NCBI GenBank assembly: GCA_002189035.1
Contig: NEEC01000013.1
Span: 1,736,001-1,800,000, forward strand
Reading direction: 5' to 3'
Source of the DNA: Utricularia gibba
Lineage: Eukaryota; Plantae; Magnoliophyta
DNA length: 64,000 bases
Under the pieces are notes generated by a model. That model was not told the origin of the DNA. It searched no databases and saw only the letters and a list, made by a program, of their open reading frames with translations. Of this stretch, positions 38,286-50,329 are shown piece after piece (position 1 is the first letter of the stretch; every line of letters starts with the position of its first letter). The position numbers were made by a program, and so were the translations under genes.

Positions 38286-38307
38286 CTCTCTCTCTCTCTC
38301 TCTCTCT
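38286..38307. repeat. (CT)11 microsatellite immediately after the ARC3 stop
   Basis: Read directly from the sequence. Confidence 0.9.
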
Positions 38308-38831
38308 CCATGTTTTCTATGAATTTTTTATATTTCATTATATATTATGTATAATTGAAATTTCTAGGCTTTTCCGATATTATGATAAATTTTATTCATT
38401 ATTTTTCTCGGAATAATCAGGAGTGTTGTAAACAATTAATTTATCTTCGAATATTTATTTTTTATGTATTTTATAATAAGAAAATCATATTTTAAAATGT
38501 TAATTATATGGTTTAAGTTAATATTCAATTTGGATTTAAATTTGAAATATATGTGTTAGGTAAATTTAAGTATGTCAATAAATATGTATAATAAATTTAG
38601 TATAAAATATATATCTTTCATCATTTTAGTAAATATTATAAAATATTTAAATTTATTTATAATTTAACGATTAATTTTTTATATATAATATTGATCATTT
38701 TGAATATTTTATTTTTATAATTTTTTATATGTTACTTTTTTTTTTGAAAAAATATCTTATAAAAAATTAGACAAGGTACTTTTATATAAATTATTTTTGT
38801 ATCCCATGTAATGGATGTGGAATTAGATTAA

Positions 38832-39146
38832 AAGTATGCTCTAGAAAATTTTTAGAAATATTTTTGTTTTTGAAAAAGTAAAAAGTAAAAATAAAAATAG
38901 TTTATAAAAATAAAAGTAAAAATGGGTGTTCTAGAAAATTGTAAAATTTTTATGGATTTATGTTGAAAAATAGAAATAGAATACAAAATTAGTTCACTTT
39001 TACTTTTTCAAAAACTATTTTTGAAGTGTAATACCAAAAGTATTTTTATTAAAAGTAGAAGTAAAAATAAGTGGTATTCTGAATTAAAATTATTTTTACT
39101 TTTTCAAAAATAAAAATAGGTTGTAAAAATTTTATAGAACACACTT
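38832..39146. mobile_element. Putative MITE/foldback element with ~54-bp imperfect terminal inverted repeats
   Basis: 38832-38885 (AAGTATGCTCTAGAAAATTTTTAGAAATATTTTTGTTTTTGAAAAAGTAAAAA) matches the reverse complement of 39091-39146 with about six mismatches and one gap by hand alignment. A partial third copy starts near 38924. No clear TSD. Confidence 0.55.
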
Positions 39147-40022
39147 TAATATTCTTTTTAAAAATTTATTAGCAAATACTTATATTTAATTTATATCAGT
39201 TTATGAAAAAGACGTGTGAGCACTTTAACTGCCATAACCGTTGACAGTTTTGACCTCCGCGTTGACTCGGATGTTCATTACAAAATTCTTGTTTGTCGGT
39301 TTGATTATTCGATGCATTTGACTGTTTCCAGTCAAACAAACAAAAAAAAAGAACTCAAAATACTGGAAATCGTCACGGTTACGGGTAGTGGCCCTCGAGG
39401 AGCAGTTGATGCAGATCGTGGAAAAAAGAGTATGGCTGGAAAGACGCCATCTTTCTGCTGTTTTTCAAAGAAGTCTACTGTTTCGTCTCTGCCTCCGCGT
39501 TCTGTGTAGAGTTAACGACACTGTTACGTACGCATATATATATATACACTGCACACCATTTTTGAGTTCTGGACGCCAATTGATTCTTGAATTACAATAA
39601 GCATCTCTCAATCAGTCTCTTGCTTTACAAGGAAAACCAGCTTTTTCTAGGCTTTGGGATATCCGAATTCCTGGTGTGTAAGTCTCCTCTTCACCACCCC
39701 TTTTCGTATATTCTTTCGAATGCCTCTTCCTGTTTCGTATCTGGGTAAAGATTGCTTAACTATGTGGGCTGTGTCATTTGTAGGAAAGAAGCTTATCTGG
39801 CGAAAGATTGCTTCTTTCCTACAAATTTCGATGTGGGTTGTGTCGTTTGCTTGTTGGGGTGATGCTTTTCATTGGGCGTCATCTTCGTTGTTGGCTGTTA
39901 TATACTGTTCTGCGATCGATTTATCTCGAAAGATCTCACCTTTAAATTCTTTATTCCTATCTTTACAGATTGACAGCTTCTTAATCCCTTTCTAGAACCG
40001 GGAGCTCCTGAAATTCTTTTTC

Positions 40023-41160
40023 ATGGGGGATCACTTCGTCTTGCTAGTTGATCGTTTGCTCACAGAATCAACTCTAGAGGCTGCGTTCCAAAATGCGAAC
40101 CAACTAAAACACGTCAATCCCACCACAATCAATGATTCGGGTGTCCAACTTTCGGACAATTGTTCATCTCCCAGGAAGGTAGGTGAGTGCAGGATATGCC
40201 TTGATGAAGATGTGGTTTCACGCATGGAAGCTCCTTGTTCCTGCTCTGGGAGCTTAAAGGTGTGTTTTTTTTTTCGCTTTCTCCTTCGGCTGGGGCGGAG
40301 TTTTGTTACCGAGCTTGATGCTCTTCTGTTTCTGCTTTCAGTTTGCTCACAGGAGATGTGTCCAGAAGTGGTGCAACGAGAAGGGGGATACAACCTGTGA
40401 AATATGCCATCAGGTCCACCGTGTTTTTGAACTTTCCCTCTCCTGGAAATGCTCGATTGTTCTCCTGATTCCTATATTTGCAGCAATTCAAGCCTGGATA
40501 TTCTGCTCCTCCATCTGTTTTCCGGTATCCCATGGAATTCAGGAGGAACTGGAGAATCGTTCGGAGAAATCTCCACAACCACGAGATATTCGCGATGGAA
40601 TCAGCTGACCCGACTGACGACGGCAGCTACGCCGTTTCTGCATCATCACACAACGCAGTTTTATGCCGTGCAGTTGCCACCATAGTAAGCTTACTTCTTT
40701 AGCCTTCACTGATAGCTCTGAGGATGGTGACCGCCCTGCAATTTATGTCATCGGTTTTCTTCAGTTTATGGCTCTGCTAATCCTGGGACATACTCTTCTT
40801 GCTGCGGATCCAGCCGAGAGCTACACCTTTGCGTTGTACATGGTAAGAATCCAGCTTCTGCAACAATGGAAGTTTTGAGAGCTTTTCTTGAGTTGAGTTG
40901 AAATACAGATCTCGATGCTTGGAATTGCTGGGATTCTTCTGTCTGTTTGCATAATTCTGAAAACTGTGAGCTCCCTTCTAGAGCAACGGCATCAACAGGT
41001 AATATCTAACACTTCTTCTCCCTGAACTCAAAGATCGACCCCAATGGTGGGGATGCTCTGCAAAAAGGTGATAATGTGCGCTTGTGACTCACAGGTGACT
41101 CTGTATGCACCTGCATCTGCTGAAGAAGCTGACTTGCAGCCCGTTATTGCGATACTATGA
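40023..41160 (+). CDS. RING-CH (RINGv/MARCH-type) E3 ligase with DUF3675 and C-terminal transmembrane segments
   Basis: MGDHFVLLVDRLLTESTLEAA, ECRICLDED...MEAPCSCSGSLK|FAHRRCVQKWCNEKGDTTCEICHQ|QFKPGYSAPP, CRAVATI|FMALLILGHTL, and a stop at 41158-41160. Confidence 0.92.
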
Positions 41161-41515
41161 CAGGGGAAAAGAAGCTCAAGAAAATGGAGTTACCCGAATG
41201 GTGATCGGGCCGTTACACCCTAAAAAACCAAACAAAACAGAAGAAAGTACAGAAAAGAGCCAAGGATAGACAGGGTAAGCATGGTTGTCAAACAAGGTGC
41301 ATGTTTCACCACTGCCTTGTCATATCAAAGCATATTCACTGAACTTAGGTATCTACTAATGTGTTTGAAGCACCCTTCGTAATGAAGGGGTGAGAACTAA
41401 AACCTCCAGAAGCAATAAACTCTACATAACTGATGAATGCAGCCCAAGAATAAGCAAAATTTTCAGATACCATTTCTTGATGCAATGGATGGTGATGATA
41501 ATAAAGCTTTAGATG

Positions 41516-42366
41516 TCAGATTCCATTCCTCAAGTCATTGTAACAGAAGGAGTCTACCTGGGATCCATTCCCAACTTTGGTCTTCACAGTGATGCCATCA
41601 ACACCAGCAACGATCAAGGAGGTGGCCAAGCCGATAAACATACCATGCTCCACAATTCCAGGGAGTCTCAAGATTGCATCACTTGCTGCATTAAGATCAC
41701 CAATATCTCTCTCAAAGTACAAATCAATGATGTAGTTCCCGTTATCAGTCACATATGGTTTCCCAGTATCAGGAGAGTTTCTCAACATTGCAACGCAGCC
41801 TGCATCACAAAACAGAGCTGCAAGTCTATTCAAGGAATGGTTCCAACAGAAGGGAATAACCTCCACGGGCATGGCCAATCTGCTTCCCCCAACATAGTTG
41901 ACTAGCTTGGATTCATCAACTATGACGATGAATCTCTTGCTTGCTGACTCCACCATTTTCTCCCGCAACAGAGAACCCCCACGCCCTTAACCAAATTCAT
42001 AAAAGGGTCAACTTCATCTGCTCCATCGATGGCTAAATCAACCACAGGATGTGAATCAAGATCAGACAACGGGATACCCAAGGAGACAGCTTGCTGGTGA
42101 GTTATCGTCGAAGTGGGTATGCCCACGATATCCTTCAGCTTCCCCTGTTTCAAAAGCTGCCCAATTCTGTCTACAGCATGTTTCGCTGTCGAACCTGTGC
42201 CCAGCCCCAGCACCATGCCGGATTCAACGTACTCAACAGCCTTGTGAGCGGCAATCTTCTTCAAATCATCCTGTGTCAGGCTCACGGCTAAACTATGGGA
42301 AGAAGAAACGGATGAGGAAACCATAAGCTTGGCCGGCTCGTGGCCCTCCGTGTAGGCGGCAGCCAT
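41516..42366 (-). CDS. RPI: Ribose-5-phosphate isomerase A, cytosolic type, intronless, with an apparent -1 frameshift at 41984-41986
   Basis: LTQDDLKKIAAHKAVEYVESGMVLGLGTGST, DGADEVDPFMNLVKG[RGGS]LLREKMVE, VTDNGNYIIDL and PGIVEHGMF. One missing base splits the KGRGGSLLREK motif. Confidence 0.92.
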
Positions 42367-42672
42367 GTTCAATCCAACTACTTGGTTGCATAAAACCAGT
42401 AATCCGCAAGATAAGAACTGGATGACCAACCGGTTTTCTGTATCATGAAGAAGTGGTGTTCGACGCTTTGCCTGAGAGAATATAAATAAAATAATGGAGT
42501 AAGTACGGAAAAAATCTTGTCCACTAGCAGCCGTATCATGCCAAATGTCAGACCAAGAACGTGGATGACTGCCTGATGGCTTATCCCTGGCAATCCAAAT
42601 GACAGTTTGCTTTCTCCTCATGAGAGTTCCGCAATTCGCTCGAGTAGCATGCAGAAGAAGCGAAATTGGATA

Positions 42673-43599
42673 ATGGGGATTCAGGGAAGTGTCGACCCAC
42701 CCCAGGTTAAATTATTCGCTTCTGAGGGGTATTTGGTGCTGGAACCTTTCGCCGGTGGGGAGGAAGTGAACTTGTTGAGGTCGAAAATGGATGAAATACC
42801 CAGTCGATTTGATTGTTCAAGTTTGTATCTTCTCCACAAAAAACCCAGGTGAATATGCAATAACAGGGTTTTTTTCGTATGTATTTCCTGTTCGCTGGAG
42901 TTGATTTGGTTACCTCAATTCTGTGCTGCTGGTCTTTACTAGGTTCAGATATTGAATGTGGATGATTATGTTTTTGAAAGTGCTGAGGAGATCTCCTTCT
43001 TCCTTGAAGGTGTGTGCAGCTTTGTAACTCAACTGCAGTTGGGTAAGGGGATGCTTTGTTCCAATCTGGTTCACTTTCTCTGCATTGAAACTTCACATTT
43101 CTTATGGAGTCCTTATGTGTAGTGCTGCCTGGTTTTGGCAGAAAATGCATTTGATGATGATGGGAAACTGAAGCAACCAAAGCAACTATCCATTAACACA
43201 ATTGGACATGGTTCGCTTCCACATCTGTTGGCTTATTTCTCTGAAGATTGGTTCAGATGGACTGGTGAGGAGATTCATCAGAGACGAAGCAGGGTTTCAC
43301 TTTGATAAGACATCTCCTTCTTATTACAAGAAAGATTTCATCCCAATTGAACTCAAACCTGGATCCTTGATTATCATCCACCAGAGGCATGTCTCTAAAA
43401 TATTGATATCCTTCACAACATTCGAAAAGTACCATCAATGGCTGCAAATGGCTTGAGGATGACTGGTAAGTCCATAGATCAGAGGGGAAAAAATGACTTT
43501 TCCCTTGTACATGCTTCTCAGTAGTAACTAGAATCATCCATTTCTTGCGCTTCTAGAATTCCAGGAGCTGTGAACCCTGAACCTCTCTATGCTTCATGA
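42673..43599 (+). pseudogene. Phytanoyl-CoA dioxygenase (PAHX family) pseudogene with its central exons deleted
   Basis: Exons QVKLFASEGYLVLEPFA, DDYVFESAEEISFFLE, AFDDDGKLKQPKQLSINTIGH, GLVRRFIRDE...IELKPGSLII and NPEPLYAS* remain. The exons carrying the HQD iron motif are missing, and exon 1 has a frameshift. Confidence 0.85.
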
Positions 43600-44192
43600 G
43601 TTATCTTTGAAAAACAGTTTGCTTCATGCATCATAGACTTGTTGATGGAACAGTATTCATCAGTTATGATTTGTCTCATTGATCTGTTCTGTAAGCCACA
43701 CTGCATATCCCCTGCTTACATTTCTCATAGAACTCAGACATTCAAGCCCATGACTGTAAATGCATTCTTGAAACTACCAGGAAATACATAGCTTTGCAAT
43801 GCTTATTCAATTAGATGTCTCTGACCCAAGTTTCAAATTTTGCTTGAAGTTTGGAAAAGCGGTGAATGATTATTTTTTTTATTAAATACTAATAATTTAT
43901 TATTTTATTTTAAAAAATGTATATATATATATATTAAGAAGTACCTTTTTCTAAATGTAATCAAATAAAATTTATACAATTTTTGTATGGAATTATACAA
44001 TAGATAAATTTTCATATTATTTTTTCTCTTAATTTAAAAAAATATAAATATGAATTAATTTTTTAAAATACTAAGAATATGTTCTCAAAATGTGATACAC
44101 ACACCCGGTTTTTTTATTACCCGAAGGCAACGACTAAATTACATGCACCTTCACAATCACCCAAACCGGCTACCGAGTTACAAACGAGTCAT

Positions 44193-45793
44193 TCAAAACT
44201 CTCGGCTCTCGCGGCCGGTCCACGCGGAGGCGGCGATAAGCGGGCGCATGTGCCACCCCAGCATCAAGCAACCGCCGTCCTCGGCCACGGTGTACCCATC
44301 ACCGCCGTCGACGGCGACGAGTTCCGTCGCCAACTTGTACACGTTGGAGCCGTGATGAACCGGGAGGAACCCGTGGGAACCGAACCGGGTTCTCCACTGT
44401 GACAGCGTCTCGTGTCTCTCGACGCGCTCCGGTCCTTCTCCGGCAACCACGTTGTGAATCTGCTGCCCCAGGTACACCTCGCTCATCAATTTATCCTCGT
44501 CGCCGCCGCGGCCGCCGCTTTCGAGGGAATCGAAGAGGGTTGAGTAGTGATGGAGCGCTTCAGTGAACCGGTCTAGGAAGATGCTGCTGTTGTGGTTGGC
44601 TTCTTGCTCCGCTATGGTGAAGATCAATGGATTCAACTGATGAACCAATTGCAGAACTTTGTCGATGGCGCCGGGATTGGCAAGCAACTGGTGCAAATCC
44701 AGGATGGAGTTTACTGCTAAGGCTTCGCCTTCTTGAATCTCGAGCATGGAGGGATTGAGGTCAGCCAAGGAATTGGTCACAAAGCTACGGAAACGGAATT
44801 CGATATTCATGGCACCGGCGAATTCAGCTAACGTTAGCCCCACTGTATTCAAATCATCATGCGAAGGAGGAGCGATTCCGGTGAGGCGGAAAGTGGGAGC
44901 CCCGCCGTCTTGGGTAGCCAGAGCGTATAGCAACGGCGGCCACTGCACACCGTGGTTGATGCTGAAATCAATGACATGAACACGTTTCTTACCGGAAAAA
45001 GCTTCTAGAATCGCTTGATTCGCAGTGAAATGAGCGAACTTGAGATACGGACACGTCTCGTAGAAATGCCTCTGCAACAAATTGGCATCGGAGAAAGCTG
45101 CAGAGCCCTGACTCATCATGGGATTCCAGCAGTAAATTCTCTGCGCCAAAGCTTCCACGAAATAGGTAGCAACTTTTCTCATAGCCCCGGCTTGAGAAAC
45201 AGCGAAGAAAACCACTTTCTTCAAGAAAGCTTCCGCCGCTGTAAAATTCTCCTCCTGCACAGCTTCCGCGCACGCCATTAGCGAATGAACGAGCCTTATC
45301 CCGTTCTCCTGCGAGTCCAGAACCACAGACCGCTTCTCCTGAAAGCAGCCCTTCTGAGACGGCGAGGTTTTGACTTTCTTCAGGGGTGGGTAAACAGCTT
45401 TCCCAGGTACAGAACCAAGATCCGACCCAAAATCAAGGTCAACAGAAGCGGTAACACTGCAATTATCAGGGGAGGGAAAACGGGGCATGGGATCGAGGCC
45501 AGAGAGCATAGATCCAAGCCAGGACGAGAGATCTGCCGGATTGTAATGAACAGTCTCATCGGACGCGAGTTGACAAAGACCCTCTTCGCTACCCATAGCC
45601 ATCTCAATCTGACCAATCTTCCGAGCAACATCCGCCATCTCCGATGACTTGAGGACGTACCCAAGCGCCGCGAAAAACTCGTCTTCCTCGGATTCAGAGA
45701 CATCATGAGCCCCCCACATGTTGGGTTTATCAGCTGATTCACAAACCCCTGTTTCTCTCGACCCTGCTTTTCAAAAACCCTCCTTTTCTTCAT
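44193..45793 (-). CDS. Divergent DELLA-type GRAS protein, intronless; main ORF 44193-45719, probable true start at 45793 across a -1 frameshift
   Basis: [94 protein letters not shown] and [16 protein letters not shown]. Confidence 0.93.
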
Positions 45794-47355
45794 CCTGAGC
45801 AGCAGACAACAGCCAAGAATCGGATTGGAGCAACGGTGCTTGGTTTTTCACAGACTGCAGCAACAGCAGCAGTAGCAGCATCTGTTTCCGTGCGTTTGTA
45901 TGGGAAATCGGAGAAGGAGAGAGAAGCGCACCCGCAGAGTGTGGGGTTGTGTGGCCATGGGATGGAGATGCCATTGGACCTTGGGAGGGTATAATATACT
46001 AATCCTGGTGGGTAGAATATACTACTCATCCCCTGATCAAAGTTATCCACAAAAATTCCCCAGTTTTCTTTTTATTCTCCTCATAAATCAAATACCCCAT
46101 TTATTATTTCTAATAAAACAATGATATTCAATATCTAGAAAAATATAAGTCACTAATATAATTACGATATTTTACATCAATTACCAATGAAATAGAAAAA
46201 ATATTTAAATATAAATATTTTTAATCTTTTATAATATATTTCTTTATAATAAAATATATATAAAATCATAATAATTGAATATTCAAAATAAACAATATTA
46301 TAGTTATTACAACTAAATTATAAATCATCTATCATCATATTTCACCATTTGTGCTTCGCCATTCCTAGACAACATAATAGTAGAGTCCACATGAACTAGT
46401 ATTTCATAAAAATATCGTTTGATATTATGATATTAATATATTTAAATATAATATAATTTGATATATATATATATATATAATCAATTATACAGTATATAAT
46501 AAATTAAGTGTTTGATATACGATAATAGAAATTTAAGGTATAATAGTCGAAGACTCACAAAAAAACACATCAGTTAGAATTTGAGAAAATATATATTAGT
46601 ATAGATATAATTAATACTTCATCCATTTATGTATATTATACATATATTTAAAAAATAGGTAGGTAAGACATATCTATTTTAGTTAAATAAATAAATAAAT
46701 ATATATATATATAAATTTTTTATACTATATTATACAACAAACTCAAATTGTATTGTAGTTTATTTGAAATACGCCCATGGTATCGATCGATCACCTTTTC
46801 CTTTGGTTGTTTCATGATTTTTTTTAATTGTTCGACGCCTTTAATGATTAGATGCCACTAGACATGACCCACAAACAGTGCAGTTGATTACAACCCTATC
46901 CATTGTAAGATTACGACAATTATTCGGACTCAAGTGTACTTTCTAGTTTATTACAAATCGTAACAACTTTCCCATTGGAGGAGGGGTTCCTGTACATTAT
47001 TAGTTCCTGATGGTGACTAATAAGTGTAATTAAATCTCAATAATTGAATCAACACACAAACAATTAATTATAATATGGTTCCCATGGTCCCCCTTACTTA
47101 TTTATTTATTTATGGCATTTTCCTTTTATTAAAGTATTTCTACTTTTGTGTCCTTAGCGTGTATGAGATACAAATTTAGGATCCTCCTTTTTGGGATCTT
47201 ATATTATCATCCTCTTGCTATTTAGTTAGTGTTTGATTGATTGTAATAAAATAAAATGGATTTAAAAAATGTAACATAGAAGTATTAACATATTACAACA
47301 TTTTTGCGGTAGTCAACATGAAGATTTCCTAAAGACTAAGATAAGTCCATCCTTT

Positions 47356-47609
47356 GAGATCTAACCTTCATCGAATGATCAGACTTTCATGAACCAATAT
47401 GATCTTTTCAGAACGAGTTTCGAAACAGTATTTTATGTGTAACCACAATATTCATATTTTTTAAAGTATCGTAATATTTATGTCATACTCATCATAGGTA
47501 ACATACTTATAAAGATAACATAAGACTATTATTCGAGATCCAACTTTCATCGAAAGACAGAACTTTCATGGACTAATGCAGCTACCTTAGAACATACTTC
47601 GAAACTGTA
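47356..47609. repeat. Degenerate direct repeat with 179-bp period (two copies)
   Basis: 75-nt segments starting at 47356 (GAGATCTAACCTTCATCGAA...) and 47535 (GAGATCCAACTTTCATCGAA...) match at 51/75 ungapped positions by hand count. Similarity extends upstream (TAAAGA..AA.ATAAG). Confidence 0.7.
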
Positions 47610-48704
47610 AGATATCACAACAAAAAAAGTGAAAGGTTTTATCAACGTTTGGATGTTTGTTACCACCACCCTAGTTTTGATTTATTCACCCTTTATAAGG
47701 GTACGCTATTGGTCACATGTCTACGTTATGTTTTTTTTTTATATAATTATCTGTATGAGATAAATGAAGATAAGTATTTTTTATTATATAATGTTTAATG
47801 TTTGTTGAGTGGAGAGAAGTAGGGGGCTGTACGCCATGATCATGGCGCACCACAAGGATTAGGTGGATTCAGATAGATGTTGGGGATAAGGAAGAAGCAG
47901 AAGCTAGGAAAGACAGAAAGCGAGTAAAGGCCCCAGGTGAACGCCTTGCCAGTTCATTCAACTTCAAGCCAACCCATGTTTCACCCAAGTGGAATTTCGT
48001 CCAGAAAAAAAAGAGGGGAGGACTTTAATCTTTCTACGAAGCAGGTAACATTAATGGAACTCAATCATTGGTTGCTTTGCTTTCACCCCTTTTTCACTTT
48101 TCGCTTTAAAGTTTCCTGAACTCTTTTACTCGTGACGCGAGTCGGGGCTTCTGTTCTTTTTCTTTGAATGTTGCGCGCAATGTGTTCGACGTATTGCTTG
48201 AACGAGAAGTGGGCTTTGGTCCGTGGACCGATTGGCTGCCTTTAACGGGCTGTATAGAAATGGGCCGATGGGCCGTGAGATTTAAATTACATTATTTGCA
48301 GAATTTCCTCATCATTCTGAACTGTCACGCACGCTGCCATTTTTTTTTCACATGGTCTCGTGCCACATTTTTATATAGCCTCCAAGAATCTTATCCTTCC
48401 TGCTAATTTTTTTATAGCCTTGTCGGGTTTTTGATACAATTTCAACCTATTCCCAAATGAAAAAGAAATTGGATCGATTTGATTAGTTTTTATGCTTTTA
48501 CAATATTTTCAGACTTTTGGTTGTATTTTTGAAATTTCGGTTTTTGGGTTTAATTTGAACGTTGATTCAGTTTACATGATATTATTCGTTTTAAGTATTT
48601 AATTATTACAATTTTAAGTTTTTTTTTATATGTGGCTAAAAAGATCACTCATCCAACATTGTCCAAAAGTATAGTTTTTTTTTTTTTTTTTTGTATTTGT
48701 TGGT

Positions 48705-49326
48705 TTATGAAATGATCACAACTTTTGCCACGAAGTTATTCACGAGAGCCAAGGCGTTGCTTGTGGCCTCCATCACCTTCACCGTCCGATTGCAGATATC
48801 GCGCTTCATCGGACCATCGGCGGCTCCCTGGAATCCATCCGTACACGTGTCCTCATCCGTCAGCGCAGCGCTCATCCACGTCTGCACGTTGCTGACCTGG
48901 AACCTCAGCTCCTCCCCGCGGCGCCGGTGAGATTCCTCATCTGCTTCAGGGAGTCCCTTATCTGATGCACCGCGCTATTGAACACGCTCCGGCAGTCGCG
49001 CAGCGCGGCGACGGAGCGTGGGTCGGGGGGTTGTCCATGGAAACGTAGACAGCTTCCAGGTACGAGGACATGCTCTTGGCTCCAGAAAGGCTGACGCCGA
49101 TGGCAACGACGGCGAGTCGAGCCGGGTCCCCGTTGATTCTGTTGGAGTAGTTGTAGAGGGAGCGGTAGCAGAGTTGTGGGTATAGGGTTGCAGAACAGCT
49201 CAGGCGGATGAACTCCGAGGAGTTTCGATCGGAAAGCGGCACTCCGGCAGACGCCGCGGCGGAGCAGGCCGTGAGAAAGAGCCCCAGCAGTAGTACTACC
49301 CTCATGTCTTTTACTACAAACTTCAT
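48705..49326 (-). CDS. PMEI: Pectin methylesterase inhibitor / invertase inhibitor (PMEI), intronless, with two apparent -1 frameshifts (49025-49030 and 48914-48917)
   Basis: A signal peptide precedes FIRLSCSATLYPQLCYRSL, AALRDCRSVF and SNVQTWMSAALTDEDTCTDGF...SNALALVN. All four conserved Cys are present across three frames. Confidence 0.88.
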
Positions 49327-50329
49327 GGAGGCCCATTAAATACGTGGAAGTATGGTGCGAATTTACCATTATACCCTCCAGCCCCCATTTGGCAATTTGC
49401 CCCTTGTGAACAACCGCATCCTGTCTAATCACCAAACCAATCACTCATCATACTCACAAAGCACCTTTTGATTTCTGTTTATTCGGTTCATTTACCTAAT
49501 AAATCATGTTTAAAAGACAATTCGTAAATATTAACGATTTTTTTAGAGCAGTTTTTAATTTTATTATTAATTACGAACAATATATGTTTTAAAAAGAAAA
49601 AAAATTCAAATTTTTATTTTATTAAAATTAATTACAATAGTCTAGGGCCCACAACAAAAATAAGACCGAGGAGGATCGGTATGGAAAAAGGAAGGAAAAT
49701 GACTGGAATTTATTAAAGACAGAAACAATATTAGATATACTCTTTTATTAAATATTTTAATTTTATTATAAAAAGATTCTTGAATTAGTATTTTTTTATT
49801 GGGTATACCTTCATGCATACAAAATGATTTAAAAAATAATATTGAAATTGATCATTTTTTAACAGATGACTTCACCCTGCTTTGAATGAGCAGCCCACAG
49901 GCATGTTGATCCTTGAAACAGTTTGAAGAGCAACTAACGGTCACGGTTGGTTGCAACTTGCATTCATCCGCCTAACTGTGTATTCCGTTAATAGTCAGTA
50001 ACCGCTAGGTAACGCCGTTTGTTTCCACATCCATCGCCCTCCTCCCGCCATCATTCCGACACCTTTCACACTCGACGTGTATAAAAATATGATTTCTTGT
50101 TTTTTTCTGAATACAAAATATTTCCATTTTGGTTTTCTGGTTAATTACTTTGTTTTTCTCATAGTTATTTAAATTATAATAAGTATATTGGGGTTGGATA
50201 TGCCAATAAATCCGCATCGTTCACATGTTGGCCGGAGCCCTGGCTGTGGCTGCGAGACTCCGGCACGGCACATGGAGACAGCGCCGGCAGGCTTCGTTTG
50301 GGAGCCACGCCTGACTGCGATGCGATTCA

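Noticed and set aside
41516-41575. RPI C-terminal extension beyond TVKTK
   Set aside because: Short variable tails are common in this family, and it could also reflect another indel error.
47832-47847. Perfect 16-bp palindrome CGCCATGATCATGGCG
   Set aside because: It is isolated, with no matching known element or repeat context that I can support.
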